Part shown: one piece after another, positions 9,355 to 19,109 of the stretch
Layout: each line of letters starts with the position of its first letter
Position numbering within the stretch: position 1 is the first letter of the stretch
Position numbers and translations under genes: made by a program
Notes under the pieces: generated by a model
Database searches by the model: none
What the model was told of the DNA's origin: nothing
The model's input: only the letters and a program-made list of their open reading frames with translations
Assembly (NCBI GenBank): GCA_037442825.1
Contig: JBBIPN010000009.1
Location: forward strand, 1-31,327
Direction of reading: 5' to 3'
Length of the DNA: 31,327 bases
Source: Sulfurihydrogenibium sp.
Lineage (GTDB): Bacteria; Aquificota; Aquificia; Aquificales; Hydrogenothermaceae

Positions 9355-10464
9355 TTACTCCTTGCTAAAAATTATCATATTATCAGCATGGATAACTTCT
9401 TCTACTTTTTTATTTAGTAGTTTTTCTGCTTCAGATGTTTTTAAACCTTTTATTTTTTTAATCTCTTTATAGTTTAGGTTAACAATGCCTTTTCCTATAA
9501 TATTACTTTCTTCATTTGAAATTGCTACTACATCGTTTTGATTAAATATTCCTTCTACATCTTTAATTCCGCTTGGAAGCAAGCTTTTTCCTTTCTTAAT
9601 AGCAAGCTCTGCTCCTTTATCTATAATTATCTTACCTTTTGGATAGGATAACAACTCTAACCATGTTTTCTTACTTGGCTTTTTTTTCTTTTTAGATGGG
9701 TATATAAATGTTCCAATTTTTTCATTAAATAGTAGATTTAAAAAGTTGTCTTGTTTTGGTAGTATAACAACAGGAATAGAATGTTCAGTTGCTATTTTTG
9801 ATGCCTCCAGTTTACTTCTCATACCTCCTGTTCCAAAAGATGATTTAGAAGTTTTTGCAAAATTTAAAGCTTCTTGAATATCTTTTATTTCATCTATAAG
9901 TTTTGCATCTGGTTTTGATGGGTCATCTGTATAAAGTCCACCGGCTGTAGATACTATTATTAGTAAATCTGCATCAAGTAGTATAGAAACATGAGCAGCT
10001 AAAAAATCATTGTCTCCAAAAACAATTTCTTCTATAGCTATAGTATCATTTTCATTTATTATAGGAATAACTTTTAGTTCTAACAGCTTATTTAATGTTT
10101 CTTTTGCGTATATATATCTTTTCCTTTCTCTTAGCCCTTCCAATGTTAATAAAACTTGTCCTATAATTAGTTCATACTTAGAGAAAATCTTATCGTATAT
10201 CTGCATTAGATAAGCCTGTCCTACGCTTGCTATTGCTTGTTTTTCTGTAATATTTTTAGGTCTCGATTTTAGTTTTAATTTTTTAACACCTGCTAAAACA
10301 GCTCCTGATGAAACTATTACAATCTCTCTGTCTTTTATTTGTGAAATTTGTTGAACCAAATTTGTTATAAAATCTCTATCAATCTCACCATTTTTTTCTA
10401 AAATTCCAGAACCAATCTTTATAACAATTTTCTTTGCTTTTTTTATGTATGAAAATCTATCCAT
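9355..10464 (-). CDS. proB: Glutamate 5-kinase with PUA domain
   Basis: VIKIGS, VSSGAV, INEND, FGDNDFLAA, GTGGMRSK; C-terminal PUA domain. Confidence 0.97.
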   Translation of the reverse strand: MDRFSYIKKAKKIVIKIGSGILEKNGEIDRDFITNLVQQISQIKDREIVIVSSGAVLAGVKKLKLKSRPKNITEKQAIASVGQAYLMQIYDKIFSKYELIIGQVLLTLEGLRERKRYIYAKETLNKLLELKVIPIINENDTIAIEEIVFGDNDFLAAHVSILLDADLLIIVSTAGGLYTDDPSKPDAKLIDEIKDIQEALNFAKTSKSSFGTGGMRSKLEASKIATEHSIPVVILPKQDNFLNLLFNEKIGTFIYPSKKKKKPSKKTWLELLSYPKGKIIIDKGAELAIKKGKSLLPSGIKDVEGIFNQNDVVAISNEESNIIGKGIVNLNYKEIKKIKGLKTSEAEKLLNKKVEEVIHADNMIIFSKE

Positions 10465-10467
10465 ATG

Positions 10468-11226
10468 CTAACCTTTTTTTGCAAAAATTAAGTATCCTGT
10501 ATGGGCTACCATTCTATCTTCAGGTCTTAATCTGTCTGGCACAGGTTTGTAAGACCTTATTAGTATCTCTTCTACTTCAATATCTATAAAATCTAATTTT
10601 TTTAGTTCTTTTAATGTTTCTGATACTTGGTTTGTTGTAGGTACTAAAAAACCAATAGATGCACCTGTCTTTAGTACATTTTTAATATTTTCTAAATGTA
10701 TCCATGGCTCTCTAACATCAATAAAAGCAGCGTCAAAATCTTTTTCTTTTATAGGTTCTGATAAATCTTGAATGTGCGGTACTATAACATGATCAAGTTT
10801 TGCAAGTTTTAAGTTTTGTAGTGCATTTTTTAGAAATTTTTCTTCTTTTTCGTATACGTATATTTTCCCACTTGGTTTTAATGCATTTGCCATAACTATT
10901 GAAAGGGCACCACTTCCAATACCAGATTCTAAAACTTTCATCCCATCTGTAAGACCGAGTTTTAACGTAATGTAAGCAGAATCTTTTGGGTAAATTATCT
11001 GGGTAAACCTTTTTATACCATACATTATGATTTCGTAAAGTGTAGGTTTTAAAAGTTTGAAAGGTTCCCCTTTATGGGTGTAAACAGTTTCTCCCCAGTT
11101 TTTACCTATGAGGTCATCAAACTTTATAGAACCAAGATGGGTAGAGAACTCTTTTTCATTCTCTACCACTACAAAAAAAGAGATTTTTTTACCTTTTAAA
11201 TGGACAGTATCACCATCTTTTATCAT
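10468..11226 (-). CDS. trmI: tRNA (adenine58-N1)-methyltransferase
   Basis: TQIIYPKD, VLESGIGSGALS, DVREPW and RPEDRMVAHTGYL (GCD14/TrmI). Confidence 0.93.
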   Translation of the reverse strand: MIKDGDTVHLKGKKISFFVVVENEKEFSTHLGSIKFDDLIGKNWGETVYTHKGEPFKLLKPTLYEIIMYGIKRFTQIIYPKDSAYITLKLGLTDGMKVLESGIGSGALSIVMANALKPSGKIYVYEKEEKFLKNALQNLKLAKLDHVIVPHIQDLSEPIKEKDFDAAFIDVREPWIHLENIKNVLKTGASIGFLVPTTNQVSETLKELKKLDFIDIEVEEILIRSYKPVPDRLRPEDRMVAHTGYLIFAKKG

Positions 11227-11879
11227 TTTCTATGGCTTAAAAGGGCTATTGATAAATTTTTATTATCATAAAGGTCTATTGAGTAGTTATCCCAAAATAC
11301 ACATGTTCCACCTGCTATAAAGCATCCGCCAGATGGGTCCATATATCTTGCAAACAGTATTTTTTCTTTGCCAAGTTTTGACATAGATGTATCTTCAGCA
11401 TAAATCATAGGTATAATATTTTCACCAGTGATTGTCAAACTATCTGTACAAGCCAACATAACTTTATTTATACATTTTTCTTTCATCTTTTCAGATGTTT
11501 TTGAAGTTGTGATTAAAAGGTTGTCTTTGTCATAGTTGTTTATATCGTCTGTAATTATATCACCATTAAACTTTATTCCAAATCTTTCTGCCATAGTATT
11601 ACATGTATCAGCTATTCTATCTTCGTTTTTATAGTAAGCAAAAATTCCTACTTTTTTACCTTTTTTAACAAGACCTTCTATAAAGTCAACTTCTTCTTTT
11701 TTAAATGGTATTTCTGGATAATTAAATATGATTACATCATAATTTGCAAACTTTTCAAACTCGTCTACTTCATCAACTTGAATGTTATTTTCTTTTGCGT
11801 ACTTTTGAAGTTTTGAAAAATAGTAGTGGTCAGATATGATAAACTCCTGATGTGTCAAACTCCATGCAACTTTTGTCAA
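11223..11879 (-). CDS. Hypothetical protein, possibly GIFT/DUF4350 (class I glutamine amidotransferase-like fold)
   Basis: TTG start with SD AGGAGGT; YDVIIFNYPEIPFKKEEVDFI...VKKG, FGIKFN and DNKNL patterns resemble that fold. Confidence 0.5.
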   Translation of the reverse strand: MTKVAWSLTHQEFIISDHYYFSKLQKYAKENNIQVDEVDEFEKFANYDVIIFNYPEIPFKKEEVDFIEGLVKKGKKVGIFAYYKNEDRIADTCNTMAERFGIKFNGDIITDDINNYDKDNLLITTSKTSEKMKEKCINKVMLACTDSLTITGENIIPMIYAEDTSMSKLGKEKILFARYMDPSGGCFIAGGTCVFWDNYSIDLYDNKNLSIALLSHRK

Positions 11880-12100
11880 AATTAATACCTCCTAAATAAA
11901 TGTTTAATTAAATTTTACCATATAAAAAGGCTTTATTTATTTAATTGGTTAAAAATAGCTTTGGTACATTAACATTTAAAAAATTATCTATGTTTTGTAG
12001 AATTTACTGAATTTTTGATAAATTTAGTTTTTTATGATGTTAAATATTTTTTAAAGGGATTACCAAAAAATAATGTAATATTTTTAAGCTTTTTTAATAA

Positions 12101-14614
12101 CTATATTTTTTCCTTTGTAAAAACAAACTCTATCCATTTCCTTATCTCTAAAAAAACTAAAGCTAACATAAATACTACAAGTGGATAATAAAGGTCAGAT
12201 ATATCTATCTCAGTTAGGTGAAGAACTTCAGGAAATAAAAAGTAAGCCAATACATGTAAAGGTATACCTATAAAGATTAGAGAAAGATAGATATAAGGGT
12301 TTATTTTAAAGCTTTCACTGACATTTTTAAAAAATGGAAATTCTTTTACAGATTGAATAGCATAAGCCCATTGAGCAACAATCATACATAAAAACACGAC
12401 TGTTATAGCTTTTTCATAAGAAGACATTTCTAAAATCTTTTTAAATATAATTAAATTAACAATACCCATAAATAAAGCAAAAGATATTATCCTAAATAAC
12501 TGCGTTTTATCTAAAAACCAATTTATAAACGTACTTGGTTTTAGTTTTTTAATCCAGCTTTCTTCTTTAGAAAAAATCAAAGATTTATCTAGTATTCCAT
12601 CAGTTACTACATTTATCCATAAAATCTGTGTTGGAAAAAGCGGTTGTGGTAAATTAAATAAAATAAAGAGAGTTAAGAAAGTTATTTCTCCAATATTGGT
12701 TGCCATAAGTAGTTCTATAACTTTTCTAATGTTGTTGGATATTCTTCTTCCTATATAGATAGCATCTACAATAACTGATAAATCTCTTTCTAAAAGGATC
12801 ATTTTAGCTATAGATTTAGCTGCTGGTGTCCCTTCATTCATTGCTATTCCAAGATTTCCAGATTTTATAGCTGGTATATCGTTTACACCATCACCCATAA
12901 CAGCTACAGATTCACCATTATTTTGTAAAACTCTAACAATTCTATATTTATCTTCTGGTAAAGCTCTCGCTACAATTGATGTATTTTTTAATAGATTGTA
13001 AAGATCTTTATCGCTATATTTTTCAAGATCTTTTCCTTCAAAAACAAAATTTCCTTCTTCATGAATACCAACTATTTTTGCTATTGCTTTAGCAGTTTTT
13101 AGATTGTCTCCAGTTATCATGATTATTTTTATACCAGATTCTTTTGCTTGTTTTACTGCAAATTTAGCACTCTCTTTAGGTGGATCTAAAAATCCAACTA
13201 ATCCACTTAGTTTTATTTTTTCTTTAAGTATATCTTTAGGTATATATTCTATTTCTTTATAACCAAAAGCTATAACCCTTAAACCATTTTCAGCCATTTC
13301 GTCATGAATCTTTCTTAAGCTATCTAAATCTTCATAATTAAAAGATAAATTTTCTAAAACTTCAAAAGCACCTTTTACAAATAGGTAATTTTTCCCATTA
13401 ATACTATTTATAGAAGCCATGAGCTTTAGTTTTGTATCAAAAGGATAAAACCATTCTCTCTTATGCTCGTTTCTAATTTTTATAAAATCTATATTTATTG
13501 ATTCTAAATATTTAATCAATGCTATATCTAAAGGATCACCTTTATCTATCTCTGTATCATTACATAAAGAAAAGATAAGGTTTGTAATATTTTCTTCTAA
13601 ACTATATACCTTTTGAACTTTTAATTTATTTTCTGTAATTGTACCTGTTTTATCTGTACATATAAAAGTTGTACTTCCTAATGCTTCTACTGCAGGTAAA
13701 TATCTCACTAATGTTTTCTTCTTATACAATATTAAAGAGCCTATAACTAATGCTATTGTTATAACAACTGGTAAACCTTCAGGAACAGCAGATACAAGTT
13801 GAGCCAATACTAAAAGCAAAGTATCTTTAAATTCTCTACCTTGAAGAATTCCTAAAATAAGTATAAAACTGCTAATTATGGTAAGGATAATTATTAAACG
13901 TTTTGAGAAATTGTTTATAGCTCTTATTAAAGGTGTTTCTATTTCCCTTGATTCCAATTTTGTATATATTTTTCCAATTTCTGTATTTAATCCAATAGCA
14001 TATACAACAGCTTTTCCAAATCCTTTAGTAATAAATGTAGAAGCAAAAACTATATTTTCTCTTTCGTAAACAGGTGTATCTTCAGGTAAAACTTTATTAT
14101 GAAATTTTGAAACAGGAATAGACTCCCCTGTTAAAATAGATTCATCAACCATAAGGTTCACAGATTCTATTAGTCTTGCATCTGCTGGTATTACATCTCC
14201 TTCTTCTAAAATAATTATATCTCCTATAGTAACTTCTTCAGCAGGAATCTCATAAACTTTTCCATCCCTAACTACTTTTGCAATGGGTTTTGAAAGTTTT
14301 AATAGTTGATTTATCTTTGATTTTGCTTTAACTTCTTGAAAGAATCCTATTAAGCCATTTATTAAAACTATCACAATGATAAAGAAAAAATCTTTATACT
14401 CCTTAAAAAGTAAAGCTATAATTGAAGCTATTATTAAAATTAATATTAAAGGATTTTTAAACTGATTTATAAAAATTTTTAAATTTGATTCTTCTTTTAT
14501 TTCAATAAAGTTTAGACCATATATTTTCTGCCTTCTCTTTGCTTCTTCTGAATATAAACCATTTTCTGATATTTGTAATGTTTCGAAAACTTCTTCATTT
14601 TTCAGATGATGCAT
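12101..14614 (-). CDS. Cation-transporting P-type ATPase (P2A, Ca2+-type)
   Basis: TGES, VPEGL, DKTGT, MITGD, GDGVND; M5 TNIGE and M6 WINVVTD. Confidence 0.93.
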   Translation of the reverse strand: MHHLKNEEVFETLQISENGLYSEEAKRRQKIYGLNFIEIKEESNLKIFINQFKNPLILILIIASIIALLFKEYKDFFFIIVIVLINGLIGFFQEVKAKSKINQLLKLSKPIAKVVRDGKVYEIPAEEVTIGDIIILEEGDVIPADARLIESVNLMVDESILTGESIPVSKFHNKVLPEDTPVYERENIVFASTFITKGFGKAVVYAIGLNTEIGKIYTKLESREIETPLIRAINNFSKRLIIILTIISSFILILGILQGREFKDTLLLVLAQLVSAVPEGLPVVITIALVIGSLILYKKKTLVRYLPAVEALGSTTFICTDKTGTITENKLKVQKVYSLEENITNLIFSLCNDTEIDKGDPLDIALIKYLESINIDFIKIRNEHKREWFYPFDTKLKLMASINSINGKNYLFVKGAFEVLENLSFNYEDLDSLRKIHDEMAENGLRVIAFGYKEIEYIPKDILKEKIKLSGLVGFLDPPKESAKFAVKQAKESGIKIIMITGDNLKTAKAIAKIVGIHEEGNFVFEGKDLEKYSDKDLYNLLKNTSIVARALPEDKYRIVRVLQNNGESVAVMGDGVNDIPAIKSGNLGIAMNEGTPAAKSIAKMILLERDLSVIVDAIYIGRRISNNIRKVIELLMATNIGEITFLTLFILFNLPQPLFPTQILWINVVTDGILDKSLIFSKEESWIKKLKPSTFINWFLDKTQLFRIISFALFMGIVNLIIFKKILEMSSYEKAITVVFLCMIVAQWAYAIQSVKEFPFFKNVSESFKINPYIYLSLIFIGIPLHVLAYFLFPEVLHLTEIDISDLYYPLVVFMLALVFLEIRKWIEFVFTKEKI

Positions 14615-14825
14615 TTTTTCTTTCTCTTTCTACCTGTTCTTGATTTTTCTTTACAAACCATAAAGAACCAGCTACCAATAAAACTACACCAATTATAACT
14701 ATTATTCCTTCAATAAAAGAGTTTGTATTACAAAAAACACCAAAAGATGAATAAGGGTCACACTGTTTTAAATCTGAAATATCTAAAGGATTTTTTTCTT
14801 CTACAAAGATTAAAAATTTTTCCAT
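14595..14825 (-). CDS. Small single-pass membrane protein (76 aa)
   Basis: SD GAGGT before the ATG; fills the gap between xer and the ATPase; one hydrophobic helix (IIVIIGVVLLVAGSLWFV). Confidence 0.7.
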   Translation of the reverse strand: MEKFLIFVEEKNPLDISDLKQCDPYSSFGVFCNTNSFIEGIIVIIGVVLLVAGSLWFVKKNQEQVERERKNASSEK

Positions 14826-14834
14826 CTTTTTACC

Positions 14835-15731
14835 TCACAGATTTATATTTTCTGAAAGTGCTTTTGTAGCTTTTAAAAGTTGTTTTTGTCCTACTTTAGC
14901 ATATCTTGCTGTTGTAATAGGTGAAGAATGTCCAAGTAATTCTTGAATAACTCTAAGTTCTGCTCCAGATGCTAAAGCCATAGTTGCTGCTGTATGTCTT
15001 AACTTATGTGGATGTAATGAGATAGCTAATTTCCTACCTATCTGTTTAATTTTTCTCCAAAGTGTATGATAAGATAAAGGAAATATTAAACTATCTTTAC
15101 TATCTAAAAATTCATCTATACTTTTAATATAATCAACAAGAATATTTAAAGGTTTTCCGGTAATTGGTATTTCTCTCTCTTTATCACCTTTACCAACTAC
15201 CCTAATATATCCAATATCATTAGTTAAAACTTCTCCTTTAATCAAACTATCTATTGAAAATGTCTGTCCATTCCTTTCTATAAGAATGTTAGATTTTTTT
15301 ATACTAAGTAGTTCTGAAGACCTTAAACCAGTAGTAAGAAGTAAAACTACAATAGCTTTCTCTTGTAAATTATCTAAAGATTCTATAAGTTTTTTCACTT
15401 CTTCGTTAGATAAAGCAGATGGTATTCTTTGAGATACTTTGGGTCTATGGGATTTTGATATAGGTGATATAGATATCAACTCTAAATCTATAAGATATTG
15501 GAAAAGTGAGTTGACAGAAGCTAATTTACGGGCTATAGTAGAAGATTTTTTCCTTGAAGATTGCAAAACCATTCTAAATTTTGCAATATCTGCTTTTGTA
15601 ATCTGCTCTACATTCTTATCGCTAACAATTTTAATAAACTGATTTAGGTCTACCTTGTAATTCTTAACAGTATGTGAAGATTTATCTGATATGTAAGATA
15701 AATAAAGTTCTATACATTCAGATAGCTTCAT
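14835..15731 (-). CDS. Tyrosine recombinase, XerC/XerD-like
   Basis: SAM-like N terminus (TVKNYKVDL, STIARKLAS) and catalytic set GLRSSEL, GKGDKER, HPHKLRH, LLGH, TTARY. ATG overlaps the ubiX stop (ATGA). Confidence 0.92.
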   Translation of the reverse strand: MKLSECIELYLSYISDKSSHTVKNYKVDLNQFIKIVSDKNVEQITKADIAKFRMVLQSSRKKSSTIARKLASVNSLFQYLIDLELISISPISKSHRPKVSQRIPSALSNEEVKKLIESLDNLQEKAIVVLLLTTGLRSSELLSIKKSNILIERNGQTFSIDSLIKGEVLTNDIGYIRVVGKGDKEREIPITGKPLNILVDYIKSIDEFLDSKDSLIFPLSYHTLWRKIKQIGRKLAISLHPHKLRHTAATMALASGAELRVIQELLGHSSPITTARYAKVGQKQLLKATKALSENINL

Positions 15732-16297
15732 TCTCTCCACCTTTTGTACAGATTATGTTTTACGTCAAAAGTATCTAAAACTTTTCCTACAATAAAGTTA
15801 ATCATATCATCTACAGTTTTAGGTTTGTGATAAAAGCCAGGTGAAGCACTTGCAACTATACCACCGGCTAAAGATACTTTTCTCATATTTTCTATATGAA
15901 CCAAAGAAAAAGGCATCTCTCTAACTAATAAATATAATTTTTTCCTTTCTTTCAATGCAACATCACAGACTCTTTGTATAAGATTTGTACTAATCCCATT
16001 TGCAACACTTGCTAAAGTATCCATAGAACATGGTGCAACTATAACACCTTCTGTTTTTACAAGTTGGGAACCACTTGATATAGGTGCAGCAATATCTTTA
16101 TTACCAAAAATTTCTACATTTTTAGGTAGATTTTCTAAAAATTCATTTTTTTTAATACCTTCTTCTTTTTCCATAACAATATAAGCAGATTCTGAAACTA
16201 TAAGATAAACAAAATTTTCCTTAGAAAGCTCTTCTAAAATTTTTTTTCCGTATATAAAGCCACTTGCTCCAGTTATAGCAACAACAAACTTTTTCAT
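15728..16297 (-). CDS. ubiX: Flavin prenyltransferase UbiX
   Basis: VVAITGASG, APISSGS, APCSMDTL, DVALKERK, REMP and PGFYHKP. Start taken at MKKFVV. Confidence 0.95.
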   Translation of the reverse strand: MKKFVVAITGASGFIYGKKILEELSKENFVYLIVSESAYIVMEKEEGIKKNEFLENLPKNVEIFGNKDIAAPISSGSQLVKTEGVIVAPCSMDTLASVANGISTNLIQRVCDVALKERKKLYLLVREMPFSLVHIENMRKVSLAGGIVASASPGFYHKPKTVDDMINFIVGKVLDTFDVKHNLYKRWRE

Positions 16298-16299
16298 AG

Positions 16300-16692
16300 T
16301 TAATTTACTTCTATCTCCCCTTTTAATGGGAAAACATTTGAACAGTAAGGGCAAGTAAAAATGTATTTTCCTGGATATATCATTTTAACCTTTATCTCTT
16401 TTGTTTCACCTTTCTTTATGTTTTGAACTATTACATCATAAGGTGGTAATATATAAAAACAATGGCCGTAATATCTTTGAGAAGTATCTTGACCTAATCC
16501 TTCATCTATAGCTGTTATTCTAAACAACACAACTTGATTTTTCTTTACATTTATATAATCTGGAACATATCCATTGTTAGAAACTTTAATATCTACAACT
16601 ACATCTGGTTTTTCTTCAGTTTTAGTAGAACAAGAAATAATCAAAAATATAAAAAATAATGTTATAAATTTAGCAATCTTTCTTAAGCTCAT
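16300..16692 (-). CDS. Cupredoxin-fold lipoprotein
   Basis: Lipobox LIISC; GYVPDYINVKKNQVV, GHCF and PGKYIFTCPYC...KGEIEV cupredoxin strand pattern. Confidence 0.75.
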   Translation of the reverse strand: MSLRKIAKFITLFFIFLIISCSTKTEEKPDVVVDIKVSNNGYVPDYINVKKNQVVLFRITAIDEGLGQDTSQRYYGHCFYILPPYDVIVQNIKKGETKEIKVKMIYPGKYIFTCPYCSNVFPLKGEIEVN

Positions 16693-17254
16693 TATAAAGC
16701 TCCATAACTTTTATTTCTAACTCTTGAATAGAGCCAGTATTTTCAATAATATAATCAGCATACTTTCTTTTTTCTTCTATGTCCATCTGAGCATTTATTC
16801 GTGCTAAAGCTTCTTCTTGAGTAAAGCTTTTTTCTATTAATCTTTTCAACTGTAATTCTTTTGAAGCATAAACTAAAACAATTTTATCATATCTTTTATA
16901 ACTTCCTGTTTCTATCATTAAAGGTACTGAGATAAAAAGGATATCTTTATCTTTATTTTCTTCTATCCAGTTTTCAATATACTGATGAACTAACGGATGA
17001 AGAATACCTTCTAAAATCTTCTTCTTTTGAAAATCGTTAAAAACAATTTGAGCTAATTTTTTTCTATCTATATTTTTTTCGTTATCAAATACAGTTGGGA
17101 AATATTTCTTTATTTCTTCTTTAACATAATTTTGATTTAAAAGAAAATGAACAATTTTGTCAGCATCTATAACCTTAGCACCTAAACTTTCCAGTAGTTT
17201 TTCTACAGTAGATTTACCTGTTGCAATTCCACCAGTTAATCCGATAAGTTTCAT
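16670..17254 (-). CDS. coaE: Dephospho-CoA kinase
   Basis: IGLTGGIATGKST, IDAD, IDRKKLAQIVF, LEGILHP, PLMIE. Confidence 0.97.
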   Translation of the reverse strand: MKLIGLTGGIATGKSTVEKLLESLGAKVIDADKIVHFLLNQNYVKEEIKKYFPTVFDNEKNIDRKKLAQIVFNDFQKKKILEGILHPLVHQYIENWIEENKDKDILFISVPLMIETGSYKRYDKIVLVYASKELQLKRLIEKSFTQEEALARINAQMDIEEKRKYADYIIENTGSIQELEIKVMELYNELKKDC

Positions 17255-18276
17255 AAACTACCTTCCTTTATATAAATATCAACTTTAGTGTAAGGTATTT
17301 CTATACCTTCAGATTTTAACCTTTTAAATAATCTTTTTCTAAGTTCACTTTCTACAGAAAAGCTAACTTCATAGTTTTTTGCATAAACAAAAAGTGTAAA
17401 TTCTAAGGCACTATCACCAAAACCTGGGATAAACCGTAAAACAGGTGTTATTTCTTTTACAATGTTATCATCCTGAAAATTTTCTACTTCTTCTAAAACT
17501 ACTTTTTCAAATTTATCTATATCAGTATCATAACTAACAGGAATTTTTATTCCAACCCTTATTATTTCTATTGGAGAAGCATAGTTTATTACAATACTTT
17601 GAGCTAACTTTTCATTTGGTATAACTATACTATCATTAGATAACGTTTTTAATGTTATAGTTCTCCAATTTATATTTACAATGTATCCTTTTTTTCCATC
17701 CTCAAGTTCAATAAAATCACCGACTTTAATTTTCTTTTCCATTAAAATATAAAAACCAGAGAAAAAATTAGCTAATGTATCTTTTAAAGCTAAACCAACA
17801 GCAAGACCACCGATTCCAAGGGTAGTAATAAGGGGTGCAATAGATATATTAAAGTAAGATAAAATAAAAAGTAATCCAGTTGTGTAAATGATTATATTTA
17901 TTATAATAAATATAATTCCAATATTTGCCTCTGGGAGATTTTTTTCTTTTAAATAAAATCTTATTAATTTTGTAGTTAAATTTGCTAAAAAAATAGTAAA
18001 AGAGATTATGATTAAAGAAAAATATACTTTTTCAATTAAAAAAAGATATTTCTCAGGAAGAGATGAAAATTTAGAAGAAATATGAAAGGATATAACAAAT
18101 ATCCAAAATAAAGATGGAATTTTTAAAGTATTTATAATAATATCATCTATTCTTGTTTCTGTTTTTTTTGTAAAACGTTGTAATAATTTTATAAAAAAGA
18201 TTCTGATAATATAGCTTATAATAAAAACAAATACAAATATCAAAGCAATTTTATAGATTCCTTCCAACATTTTCAT
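17251..18276 (-). CDS. Small-conductance mechanosensitive channel (MscS family)
   Basis: LGIGGLAVGLALKDTLANFFSG, KVGDFIEL, INWRT, IPNEKL, GDSALEF. Confidence 0.93.
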   Translation of the reverse strand: MKMLEGIYKIALIFVFVFIISYIIRIFFIKLLQRFTKKTETRIDDIIINTLKIPSLFWIFVISFHISSKFSSLPEKYLFLIEKVYFSLIIISFTIFLANLTTKLIRFYLKEKNLPEANIGIIFIIINIIIYTTGLLFILSYFNISIAPLITTLGIGGLAVGLALKDTLANFFSGFYILMEKKIKVGDFIELEDGKKGYIVNINWRTITLKTLSNDSIVIPNEKLAQSIVINYASPIEIIRVGIKIPVSYDTDIDKFEKVVLEEVENFQDDNIVKEITPVLRFIPGFGDSALEFTLFVYAKNYEVSFSVESELRKRLFKRLKSEGIEIPYTKVDIYIKEGSL

Positions 18277-18339
18277 TATTCAATTTAATTATTAATTTAT
18301 GTTATTATACTTGTAAAAGTCCTAAATATAAAGTTAAAT

Positions 18340-19074
18340 ATGGAAGATAGAGAAGAAAAAATATATATATTAATAGGTTTTGAAGTTTCATTAATAATTC
18401 ATCTGATTGTTTATATATTGCTAAATTTTTTGCCTTTGCAAAATAAAATACCTTTTTATAAACCAATAGAAATTAGCATTGAAGAGATAAAAGAAGAAAA
18501 AACAGAAATAATAAAGCAAACTTTAATTGAAAAAACAGAAGATAACAAAAAAAAATCAAAATCTATTAAAGCTGATGAAAATAAAACATTAAACAATGAA
18601 AAATTAGACAGAGAAATCAGTAAAAATAAAGAAATAAGTGAAGTTAAATCCGGTAAATATAAAGTTCAAAAAAGTGAACCAGATATTATGAAATTAGATG
18701 AAGAAAATGTGAAATTATTAAATCAGCTTTCTTCTGGAACTGGAAATAAATCTTCAAACGTAGATAAAAATGAGGATATTGCTTTTGGAGAAAAGTTGTC
18801 AAATGTTGATAAGGATGCTGAAGGTTCTGCAGTCTCAAGGTATGTTATATATAAACCACAAACACATTCCATTAGTTCAAATATTACTCAACCATCTGTA
18901 AAAGCTAAGATATGGATAAATCCGTCAGGTAATGTGGAAAAAGTAGAGTTGATAACAAAAACTGGTGATGTTGAGATAGATAGTACTATTGTAAAATATT
19001 TAAAACAGTGGAAATTTAACAAAATATTAAAAAATGAAATTCAATGGGCAACGATCACAATAAGATTTAAATGA
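18340..19074 (+). CDS. TonB/TolA-family energy transducer-like protein
   Basis: N-terminal TM with SLIIH, charged linker, C-terminal TonB_C-like domain (INPSGNVEKVELITKTGDVEID...LKQWKF). Confidence 0.75.
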   Translation: MEDREEKIYILIGFEVSLIIHLIVYILLNFLPLQNKIPFYKPIEISIEEIKEEKTEIIKQTLIEKTEDNKKKSKSIKADENKTLNNEKLDREISKNKEISEVKSGKYKVQKSEPDIMKLDEENVKLLNQLSSGTGNKSSNVDKNEDIAFGEKLSNVDKDAEGSAVSRYVIYKPQTHSISSNITQPSVKAKIWINPSGNVEKVELITKTGDVEIDSTIVKYLKQWKFNKILKNEIQWATITIRFK

Positions 19075-19077
19075 AAT

Positions 19078-19101
19078 AAGGAAGGTAAAACCTTCCTTTT
19101 T
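19078..19101. terminator. Terminator between convergent tonB-like gene and rpoD
   Basis: AAGGAAGGT-AAA-ACCTTCCTT followed by TTT. Confidence 0.8.
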
Positions 19102-19109
19102 ATCTAAAA

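Noticed and set aside
11880..12100. 220-bp AT-rich gap as ncRNA, oriC or dif
   Set aside because: No GC-rich stem, DnaA-box cluster or dif-like sequence recognised; only an SD and an extended -10.
14835..15731. Tyrosine recombinase as the integrase of a genomic island or prophage
   Set aside because: It is embedded in and coupled to housekeeping genes; I saw no phage or cargo genes and no duplicated tRNA 3' end (att site).
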